Origin: Balanoglossus misakiensis
Lineage: Eukaryota > Animalia > Hemichordata
Direction of reading: 5' to 3'
Assembly (NCBI GenBank): GCA_040954595.2
Contig: CM082578.2
Coordinates: 4,322,831 to 4,386,830 of the forward strand
Length of the DNA stretch: 64,000 nt
The notes under the pieces are model-generated. The model ran no database searches. It saw nothing but the letters and a program-made list of their open reading frames with translations, and was not told the origin of the DNA. Shown in pieces: positions 23,001 through 35,000 of the stretch; within the stretch, counting starts at the first letter, position 1; each line of letters begins with the position of its first letter. The translations under genes and the position numbers were made by a program.

Positions 23001-26000
23001 GTAATTTCCATTGTCCAATATAATTTCGAAATCGTATTCTTCAGATGTTTCTCTGGCTAGAACGTACTGGCATCCTCCGTCGAAGGTGAAATGGTTTGAA
23101 TCGAAACTGGTGTACTGATTCCTGCCAACGCCGTAGCAGAAACCTGGTGGTGCAATAGAAAATGAAGTGTGTGTTCTGTGTGTGGGGGGGGGGGGGTGGT
23201 GGGGTGGGGGGTGGGGGTAACTTCATTTATATTGTCCAAGCCATTTACGCTGGTGGCGTAATGGTTTAATGATACCATAATTTGTTTCTGCGCCATTGCC
23301 TAGTAAAGACTAGTAAAGGAACAATGCACCTGAAATATGGTGATTATTCTTTAATTTTTTATATTTCAAAATTATTGTGTGTTCTTTCTTCTAAGTCACG
23401 AATTTTGTAGGGGTCATCCAAGAAACAAACTTAAGTGAATGGTTGTGCTGTGGTCGCAAGGATGCGACAGGATTTGATCACTTAAACTTAAATATTTTAT
23501 TTTAATGTTAGCTAGAGTTTTATGAAAAAGTCGCCTTTTCAAAGCAACCTGCACCTAGTGTCTCGATCAGAAACACGAGGGGTTTTCGATAATGCACGAT
23601 TTCATTTAGTATAACGAACATAGTATTGTCACTGTGCCTCTATAGCGCGTAAACATGTCGCATTATTTTATTGACACTTACATTGTGTGCATTCGTCTTC
23701 TTTTATACACTTATCGCCTTCCTTTACAAGTCCTTCGGGACACACGCATCCGGGTACGCACTCATCGTCAACGACGTCCGGACAGGTTAACCATGGCTGT
23801 CCTGGTGTTGTGCAAGTCTTCTCACACGGGTTTTCGCAGCCTGGTACCAACCCTTCAGGACATTCGGGTTCGGGTCCTATGTTAAGTTTGAAATTTAGAC
23901 ACAGGTTAACGCTTCACTCGAGAGCAAGATTGTACGAAATTTGATAGCTGGGTAAACAAAGCGAAATGTGGCGTACCATTGAGGTTCAACGCACTTTTAC
24001 CACCAACGACCCCATACTTCAGATAACAGAAAAACATTTCAGGTGAGATGATCAATACGTTACCAAATGAGACTTACGACATTCTGTCAAATTGCATTTG
24101 CTGAGGACCTCACAAACGCAATCCATTGGGTTGACCAGCTGACCGCTTTCGGTGTTGTGTTGGAGACACTCGCACATTGTCCTCTCACACTGATTCACGT
24201 CGACGTCGCAATGAGAAAGGGCTTCAGACCTAAAGCATTGTCAATGAAATAAAGCATAACTGTCAATTACTGGAAGCCAGCAGAACAGATTTTGTCAGCA
24301 ACCCCATCAGATACCTCAGTGATATTTGTAAATGGAGAATGATTGAAATTAAAGATTCTTACGTCAAAATTGAACAATTTCGCTCTGCCTGCACTTTATA
24401 CGAAGGGTACTCGATGAGACAAACTTCCGTTGGTGGCGGGCATTCGTCCTGCGACCCATAGTCGTTTCCAAACTCCGTGGACATGTCGGGGAGTACGGTA
24501 CCATCCTTCATGGTGAACTCATCGGCGATGTTATTATTTGGCACACCACACAGTCCTTGAACTTGGTCGTACAGCCTGTCGTCCACTCGAAGGGTCACTT
24601 CAGCATATTTTCGCCACTGGACAACCAGTCCAAAATCGGCTGCAATAGTGTACGTACTTCCCGTTTTGGCGATGCTAAAACCTTGGTATTTCTCTAACTG
24701 CTGGCTGGCCGCCTCGAGTTGACTGTTGCTGATGTAATGGCCGTTGACGTGGAGGATCCCATTCTTCCCAAGTCTAATGTTGGCTTCTCGTATGTTGACT
24801 TCTAGTCTGGGCTTGCAGACCTGACTTGCAAATCCAGTTTCACCGGGCCGACACACCAATTCAACTGGTAAGTGACCAAGACAAAAGGGAAATGTGGAAT
24901 TACATACTTTCAGGTGTACTTAGGGACTGGTCAGTTTATTCGGTCTGGAGATGGCGTTGGGTTCATGGCGGATCGGAGGTCATCTTGTTTTGGAACTGTG
25001 TGATGGGACGGGGGGGGGGTCAAGGGGAAGGGGGCGGGGGTTACCCACTTTTCCATGACCTACGAGAGGGGGGGGGGGTCACTTTTTATCACTTTTTGAT
25101 ATTCACAAAATAGAATCCACCGCCCCCAGGCCGATGAAACTGACCAATATCTTATCTAAATGTAGTGGGTTAATACTTAAAAAGAGTCAGAGAGCCAGAA
25201 AGAACTGCATGATACACCAACCGCCAATAAATTCACAGCGGTGATTCCCTCAGCGCGACAGGCGGGGAAAAGTACACAAACGGCTATATTGTTAATGGTC
25301 GGTGGAGACATGTAAGCCTAATCATGGCGAGCATGTTTGTCTATTACCGTTTCAACGCAAACAAAAATGTGACGTGGATAACTATTGTCTGTATTTATAT
25401 ATAGGGCATATTGTATTATCCTTTGTCCTCAATAAAAGAACGTCTACGTTTTTTTTCTTTACAAGAAAACTTTACATACTTACGTTTGACATCAAAATAA
25501 GGCAACTCGGTGGTACTGTTGGAAGCCAATGTATGGCTGCAGTAATCATACTCGTATCTTTTGCCATCAAATGTTGTGAAAGTGTTGAGGTAGACTGAAC
25601 ACTCATTTCGGCAGTCAGTTGTGTTGCAAACCGCTCTGCCGTTGTCTTCGCAATAGCAGTCTTTACAGTTGTATTCTGTCCAGTATTCCCCAACATTTAG
25701 ACTCTCTCCCGTTGAGGAATCCAAACAACCTAAATGATATCAGAGTTGATAATATTTGGGCGAACTTATTTTAAGAGAAAATGGTAAATATGCCTACATA
25801 CGTACACGCATGCACCCATCCATCCATACACATACAGCCCATTCATAAATACATCCATCCATCCAACCAACCAACCAACCAACCAACCAACCAACCAACC
25901 ATACATACATACATACATACACACATACATACATACATACATACATACATACATACATACATACATACATACATACATACATACATACATACATACATAC

Positions 26001-29000
26001 ATGTACATACATACATACATACATACATACATACATACATACATACATACATACATACATACATACATACATACATACATACATACATACATACATACAT
26101 ACATACTTAGAGTAGGGTAGTATAGGAGAAACGAAAGGTGGTAAAATCTCTACAACGCTGTTTCGTAAAATCTCTACAACGCTGTTACATACAAACAAAA
26201 AACAAACAAACAAACAAAGAATAGTGAGTCAACTTACCGCATTGTTCTTGTGGTTGTCCAATATCGCAGAATTCCCATGATTGAAATGGATCAGTAGTGT
26301 AGCACCAAGCGGTATATTGTCCGTCGGGATTCCGGCAATAATTATTGTCTAATCCAGCATCGGGAAAATTGTCGGGAGTGAAGGAATGCTGGTGTGGGGT
26401 CTGTCTCATCCATTTCTGGCAACGCTTCCCTGATGTGGTGGTGCTTTGTGTCCCGCGGTAGTCACTGCCTTTAGGATTGGTGTAACATTCATCTGCGAAA
26501 CAAGGTAGAGTTGTACAACTTTTATCCGAAAATTTACGATCCGCCAAATACATATACATACATGTAGTTTGGAAAGAGCCAATTTGGCGATCAACGGTCG
26601 AACAGACCCAGGTCTAATTTCAATGAAAGCCGACTTATGTTAACATACCACTTGGCTCTTCCGTTGGGCATTGAAGCCAAGGCATTTCGTCTTCTCCAGC
26701 ATGTGGACAATCGATGTGGCCATCGCAGACATAGTCCGTTGATATGCACTGCTCGCTGCACGAGTAATTCGTCGACAAGTGGCAGTGGAATTCGTCCGCA
26801 GCGCATTCACACGGTACACACTCGCAGCATTTCCCCTCCAGATGTTCGAGTATTTCGCCAGGTGCACAACGGTCGATATTGCAGCGGGCCACGCACGTGA
26901 TGTTGCTACCGAAACAGGTGCATGTCTCGCATTTGTCATTGATAATCATACCACCCGAAGGCACCCAGATGTCTCCTCCGCCGTAGTAACAGGGACAGTC
27001 GACTCTATCGACGCAGTGTCGACCGTCGCAGAACTTCCCAATCTCGCATTCACGAGGACAGAGGGACGTGTTGGTCACATCGGGACATCGTTCGAGCGGG
27101 CGGGGCGTGGCTGTGGTCGGCAAAATCACAGTGGTTAACCTGGTGGTCACTGTGAAAGAAAAACAAAATCAAAATAGCGTGTTTTATTTACATTACTTGA
27201 CGTAGCGTCTACAAGGCCGAACGTTTTATAGACGATTTAAGTTTTCCACGAAAACCAGATGTCATGATGAGCTGCAGATAAGTACAATGTATCTCTCGCA
27301 AACTAATGGTTGCTGGTGGCATTTGTCCCTGCAGTGTGACTGCTTCAAAGATGTTATTTAAAGGGAGAAAGTCTCTTTCTCCCTGCCCTTTTCCCATTAA
27401 TTATGTTTGATACAAGACGCCGTTTATATTAAAGTACATGTGCACATATATATCATTAGGGAATCAACATTCGACCACACACACCTTCCATCCCGCTTTT
27501 AGACACGAGAGTGAAAAAAAAACCTCGCCAAAATGAATAATCGCTCTCCACCATTTATTCATTTTGGCGAGTTTTTCTCTCATATCACACAAGCGGGATG
27601 AAAGTTGTGTGTAGTTGAATGTTCATTCACTACATATACATGCACATGTACATTAACATAAACGTGTTTGTATCAAACATTATTAATGGGAAAAGGGGCA
27701 GCGAGAGAGAGACTTTGTCCCTTTAAGAATGACATTTTGGTTAATAGGGTGCGTCTGGGTATTCTAAAGAATTTGTGATGGCGTTGTTATTTTGCGTGAC
27801 CAATCACTACCTAAATCCATTGAAGGTACATGTATTAGTTAATGTGGGCAAAAGACGGGTAAACCCTTCATTGTGTGGGAAGAACATAGTTTTTGTTACC
27901 AATAAGTGGAGTTGTAGGAGCCACTGTTGTTGCGCATTCGCCGCTGGTTTTTCTCACACAGTCTACTCTGTTGTTGAAGCATTGGCACACTTCACATGGA
28001 TCGTCTTCATTCGTCCATTGAAAACCGGGCTGTTGGTAGAAGGTTTAAAATAACAACAGCATAAATACCATTACATGACATAAAACGGAGGGGTTGTTTG
28101 AACCTTATTGATCTCTTTAAATATTTTAAATTATGTTTCACATATTGTAGATAAGCAGTGCTGAACAATTGACGTATTTGGAGGCTTAGAAGCTTTGAGT
28201 TTACTTGTGCATATCCTTGACACCGCGAAACGACCCCGCGACCTTTCAGTGAGATTCTAGTAAAGATACACTTTCCATCAAGTAAATTATGTTTTCCCGC
28301 GGTATTCGCCAGCCCTCTTAACTAGAGAATATACATACGGGAACTGTTGATTGGGAATCATTCCGCCAACACGGACAATCTGCCTCAGACACGCACATCA
28401 ATTGGCCGCCAACTTCAATGATTCGCTTGTTGGAGTCAGCACAGAATGGTGTTTCGCTCACACAGGCGCTATGGATCGCAGTGGCATCAAACCGACAGTC
28501 AGTTTCTGCCTGCGTTGAACTGCACATTTTATCGCAAGTGATGTCAATCGGTTGGCAGGCAGCTTTGACAGAGAACGACAAAACACAGTTTCTTGTCAGT
28601 AACGCAAGTATTGAGTGAGAATAATGGGTAAGCATTTTGAAAAAAAAAATAACCCCACTTGTTCGATATTCTTGTCACAACTGTCTAATAATGTTTATAG
28701 CTATTTCAATCGTGCTTTGTGCGCCCCTTTCCAAGGTAGAATTTTTCTCTTTCTCTGTTTTGTGTTGCATTTATAACAGACACTGGCCCAAGGATTTTTA
28801 AACCTCTTTCCAATATTGACCTCCTCTATCATAATATAATTGAATGCAAAATTGGTAACATACGGTTTTTAAACGATTTTTTTTATAAAACAATATTTCC
28901 TTTATTGTTTATCGCTCGTATACACACTATTGTAATCTTGCCAGTAAACACCACCGGTTACGCTAATGGAATGAAATATCAGTTGCGAGATTTGAGCAGA

Positions 29001-32000
29001 TAATTAGTATTATAATATAATAGAATAAAATGTATTTTCTAATATGTAGATTAACTGCTTAATCGCCCGATAGTTTTCTCATTATTGTATAAGTCAGTGT
29101 TTTTTCGGATAGATTACAAAAGTGTGTATACAGATAGCAAAGAGATATAAGGGAGCGTTGAATAAAGACACAGAAAACAGTTAAGGTGAGGTTTTTTTCG
29201 GAGGGCGAAAACAAACGTCAAGAACCACGTGGCTTTCTTCAACTTATGGTGGGCCACATTTGGTAATAGTATTCATGCTAGTTAAACAGAAAACAATCAG
29301 AATGTACCTGTCGTTTGTGGTTCAGTGGTTGATGGAGTACCTGAATACAAAACAACATTCTGAATTAAACGAAAATTTGACAAAACTATTATGTAAATTG
29401 ACACGCTCAGAACATATTTGCTAAATAACTCTGATTTCAACTTATCGTTCAATGGTAGTAGGAATAGAATAGAATAGAATAGAATAGAATAGAATAGAAT
29501 AAGATAGAATAGAATACAATAGAACGAGGTAAAAGCTTAGTCATCATCAGCATTTTTAAACAATAGAGTAATGTTTTCATTTCTTACCTGTTGTAGGACA
29601 TGGTGCTCCCGTTGCTGAAATGTCTGAAAATAAAACCGAACGGAAAGATAAATAACCAACATAGTCCGTGTACATTTACACGTGTCCAGAACATTGCTGC
29701 TAAAACAGCAATTTTAAAATGTCATCGTTGACGAAATATAATTTTGCAAGATTTTAATGGAAGCTGGTATAGCAGACAACAAAAGGAACTCGAGCATTTA
29801 CCACAACAATCACTTGGACGTCCAACATCACAGAATTCCCACTCGAAAAAGTCGTCTAGGGTGTAACACCATGCGGTCCTTTTCTCGTCAGGATTTCTAC
29901 AAAAGCTGTGGTCTCCCAACCCAGCTTTAGGGTAGTTTTCGGAAGTATGGTCGTGTTGACGCGTCTGGGAGGTCCATTTCATGCATTGCCGTCCCGATGT
30001 TGTCACATCCACTTTGCCACGGTAGTCGGAAGCATTTTCTTCGACATAACATTCGTCATCTGTAAATGGCAATCAAGGTCAAATGTGTATACCACAACAA
30101 AGAGGAGTGCATTTGTCCATATTGTGGAGAAGTGACTCAGTGTCTGTCATAAAAAATATGTAATAGAACCGTAATAAAAAATCATGCTACAATAACATTT
30201 CAAAAAGTAAGTCCGAGAGTCTGCTATCTTATGTTAGATGTAGTACAATGATTGAAATTATATGTTATTTTTAATTTCACGAACACAAGCATTTCCGTTT
30301 TATTTTTATGTGGTCTTTGCTGACTACTACTGTTGGTTATCATTCGCTTACTACTCTAGCATAATAGCAAACATAGAATGACTTTCTGGAAAATATTTTA
30401 TAAATCTTACCTTTGCAATCACAGTCAAAGCGCACTTTGTAATCGTAGCATGTGTTGTCGCTCTGATCGTAATCATAACAGGTGAACCCATCAATCAAGT
30501 TACAAGTAACATTTTCTCCAAGGTCACTGTGTGGTTCATCAGTATATAAATCGACACATTCGATATTCTGAGGAAGACTACAGAAGCTGAAGAAAGTTCT
30601 AAGGCTATCCATGTCTTCAATATCATCCCCATCATCCGGGGTATCAATATACATCCAGGGCGTAAATCCAGGGGTGCAAATTTTTGGTGGGAGAGTGTGT
30701 TCGATAGTGACTGGCATTGTTGGAGTAGTTATTTCTTCTGTGGTCACCCCGGATACCGGTGGCTCCTTTGATGTAATATAAAATGTAGTGTGTTCCAATG
30801 TTACAGTTACAATTTCACTTGTAGTACCTTCAGTTGTTGCAGGGAAAGGAGACGCCTCTGTATCTGTTGTGGTGGCATGTGTTGTGGGGGCCCTACTGGG
30901 TACCATGGGTGTCGTTGTCGCTCTGCTGGATTCTGAAGTAGTCTGTCCTTCAGGTAGAGTTGTAAAATGGGTTACAGGTTTACGCGATGTTGTCCAATGG
31001 ACAGTTGTGTTTACTTGCGTTGTCAGTTGCTTTGTTGTGACAGTTGTTGCTGGTTCCTTTGTGGTGACAGTTGTTGTTGGTTCCTTTGTTGTGACAACAG
31101 TTGTTGTCGGTTCCTTTGTAGTGACAGCTGTTGTTGGTTCCTTTGTGGTGACAGATGTTGTTGGTTCCGTTGTTGTGACCACAGTTGTTGTTGGTTCTTT
31201 TGTGGTGACAGTTGTTGTTGGTTCCTTTGTGGTGACAGTTGTTGTTGGTTCCTTTGTGGTGACAGTTGTTGTTGGTTCCTTTATGGTGACAGTTGTTGTT
31301 GGTTCCTTTGTGGTGACAGTTGTTGTTGGCTCCTTTGTTGTGACAACAGTTGTTGTTGGTTCCTTTGTAGTGACAGCTGTTGTTGGTTCCTTTGTGGTGA
31401 CAGCTGTTGTTGGTTCCTTTGTGGTGACAGTTGATGTTGGTTCCTTTGTGGTGACAGTTGTTGTTGGCTCCTTTGTTGTGACAACAGTTGTTGTTGTGAC
31501 CACATGTGTTGGCGTTCTAGTTGAGACAAAAGGTGTTGTAGTTTGGTAGGCAGGTTCTAGTGTTAAAGTTACAATTTCAGTTGTAGTACCTTCTGTTGTT
31601 GCTGGCGTTGGAGTTGTCTCTACAGCTGTTGTTTTTGGTTCTGTCGTGGTGACGGGAGATGTTGTTGGTTCCTTTGTAGTGACAGATGTTGTTGGTTCCG
31701 TTGTGGTGACAGATGTTGTTGGTTCCGTTGTGGTGACAGTTGTTGTTGGTTCCTTTGTAGTGACAGATGTTGTTGGTTCCTTTGTTGTGACCACAGTTGT
31801 TGTTGGTTCTGTTGTGGTGATAGTTGTTGTTGGTTCCTTTGTAGTGACAGTTGTTGTTGGTTCCTTTGTGGTGACCACAGTTGTTGTTGGTTCCTTTGGG
31901 GTGACAGTTGTTGTTGGTTCCTTTGTGGTGACAGGTGTTGTTGGTTCCTTTGTTGTGACAAATGTTGTTGGTTCCTTTATGGTGACAGTTGTTGTTGGTT

Positions 32001-35000
32001 CCTTTGTTGTGACCACAGCTGTTGTTGATTCTTTTGTGGTGACAGTTGTTGTTGGTTCCTTTGTGGTGACCACAGTTGTTGTTGGTTCCTTTGTGGTGAC
32101 AGATGTTGTTGGTTCCTTCGTGGTGACCACAGTTGTTGTTGGTTCCTTTGTGGTGACAGTTGTTGTTGGTTCCTTTGTGGTGACCACAGTTGTTGTTGGT
32201 TCCTTTGTTGTGACCACAGTTGTTGTTGGTTCCTTTGTAGTGACAGCAGTTGTTGTTGTGACCACATGTGTTGGCATTTTAGTTGAGACAAAAGGTGTTG
32301 TAGTTTGGTAGGTAGGTTCTAGTGTTAAAGTAACAATTTCAGTTGTAGTACCTTCTGTTGTTGCTGGCGTTGGAGTTGTCTCTACAGCTGTTGTTGTCGG
32401 TTCTGTCGTGGTAATAGATGTTGTTGATTCCTTTGTTGTGACCACAGTTGTTGTTGGTTCCTTTGTGGTGGCAGTTGTTGTTGGTTCCGTTGTTGTGACA
32501 GATGTTGTTGGTTCCTTTGTTGTGACCACAGTCGTTGTTGGTTCCTTAGTGGTGACAGTTGTTGTTGGCTCCTTTGTTGTGACAGATGTTGTTGGTTCCT
32601 TTGTTGTGATTACAGTTGTTGTTGGTTCCTTTGTGGTGACAGTTGTTGTCGGTTCTGTCGTGGTGACAGATGTTGTTGGTTCCTTTGTTGTGACCACAGT
32701 TGTTGTTGGTTCCTTTGTGGTGGCAGTTGTTGTTGGTTCCTTTGTTGTGACAGATGTTGTTGGTTCCTTTGTTGTGACCACAGTCGTTGTTGGTTCCTTA
32801 GTGGTTACAGCTGTTGTTGGCTCCTTTGTTGTGACAGATGTTGTTGGTTCCTTTGTTGTGATTACAGTTGTTGTTGGTTCCTTTGTGGTGACAGTTGTTG
32901 TTGGCTCCTTTGTAGTGACAGATGTTGTTGGTTCCTTTGTTGTGACCACAGTTGTTGTTGGTTCCTTAGTGGTGACAGTTGTTGTTGGTTCTGTCGTAGC
33001 GACAGGAGATGTTGTCGGTTCCTTTGTTGTGACAGATGTTGTTGGTTCTTTTGTTGTGACCACAGTTGTTGTTGGTTCCTTTGTTGTGACAGTTGTTGTC
33101 GGTTCCTTTGTTGTGACAGATGTTGTTGGTTCCTTTGTAGTGACTGTTGTTGTTGGTTCCTCTATGGTGATATATGTTGTTGGTTCCTTTGTTGTGACCA
33201 CAGTTGTTGTTGGTTCCTTTGTAGTGACAGCAGTTGTTGTTGTGACCACATGTGTTGGCATTTTAGTTGAGACAAAAGGTGTTGTAGTTTGGTAGGTAGG
33301 TTCTAGTGTTAAAGTTACAATTTCAGTTGTAGTACCTTCTGTTGTTGCTGGCGTTGGAGTTGTCTCTACAGCTGTTGTTTTCGGTTCTGTCGTGGTAATA
33401 GATGTTGTTGGTTCCTTTGTTGTGACAGATGTTGTTGGTTCCTTTGTTGTGACCACAGTTGTTGTTGGTTCCTTTGTTGTGACTGTTGTTGTCGGTTCCT
33501 TTGTTGTGACAGATGTTGTTGGTTCCTTTGTAGTGACTGTTGTTGTTGGTTCCTTTGTGGTGACAGCTGTTGTTGGTTCCTTTGTAGTGACTGTTGTTGT
33601 TGGTTCCTTTGTTGTGACAGATGTTGTTGGTTCCTTTGTAGTGACTGTTGTTGTTGGTTCCTTTGTTGTGACAACAGTTGTTGTTGGTTCCTTTGTAGTG
33701 ACAGCTGTTGTTGGTTCCTTTGTGGTGACAGATGTTGTTGGTTCCGTTGTTGTGACAGATGTTGTTGGTTCTTTTGTGGTGACAGATGTTGTTGGTTCCG
33801 TTGTTGTGACCACAGTTGTTGTTGGTTCCTCTGTGGTGACAAATGTTGTTGGTTCTTTTGTGGTAACAGATGTTGTTGGTTCCGTTGTTGTGACCACAGT
33901 TGTTGGTTCCTTTGTAGTGACAGCAGTTGTTGTTGTGACCACATGTGTTGGCGTTCTAGTTGAGACAAAAGGTGTTGTAGTTTGGTAGGTAGGTTCTAGT
34001 GTTAAAGTTACAATTTCAGTTGTAGTACCTTCTGTTGTTGCTGGCGTTGGAGTTGTCTCTACAGCTGTTGTTGTCGGTTCTGTTGTGGTGACGGGAGATG
34101 TTGTTGGTTCCTTTGTAGTGACAGATGTTGTTGGTTCCTTTGTTGTGACCACAGTTGTTGTTGGTTCCGTTGTGGTGATAGTTGTTGTTGGTTCCTTTGT
34201 GGTGACAGTTGTTGTTGGTTTCTTTGTGGTGACAGTTGTTGTTGGTTCCTTTGTGGTGACAGTTGTTGTCGGTTCTTTTGTTGTGACAGGAGATGTTGTT
34301 GGTTCCTTTGTAGTGACCACAGTTGTTGTTGGTTCCTTTTTGGTAACAGTTGTTGTTGGTTCCGTTGTTGTGACCACAGTTGTTGTTGGTTCTTTTGTGG
34401 TGACAGATGTTGTTGGTTCTTTTTTGGTGACAGTTGTTGTTGGTTCCTTTGTGGTGACAGATGTTGTTGGTTCCGTTGTTGTGACCACAGTTGTTGTTGG
34501 TTCTTTTGTGGTGACAGTTGCTGTTGTTTCCTTTGTAGTGACAGATATTGTTGGTTCCGTTGTTGTAACAGATGTTGTTGGTTCCTTTGTTGTGACCACA
34601 GTTGTTGTTGGTTCCTTTATGGTGACAGTTGTTGTTGGTTCTTTTGTAGTGACAGTTGTTGTTGGTTCCTTTGTTGTGACAGTTGTTGTTGGTTCCTTTG
34701 TGGTGACAGTTGTTGTTGGCTCCTTTGTAGTGAGAGGTGTTGTTGGTTCCTTTGTTGTGAGTACAGTTGTTGTTGGTTCCTTTGTGGTGACAGTTGTTGT
34801 TGGTTCCTTTGTAGTGACAGATGTTGTTGGTTCCTTTGTTGTGACAGTGGTTGTTGGTTCCTTTATGGTGACAGATGTTGTTGGTTCCTTTGTGGTGACC
34901 ACTGTTGTTTTCTGTCCTGTTGGGCGAGTTGTGAAATGAGTTCCAGGCTTGCGTATTGTTGTTCTCTGCTCAGTTGTTACCGGTGCTGTGGTTGATTCTT

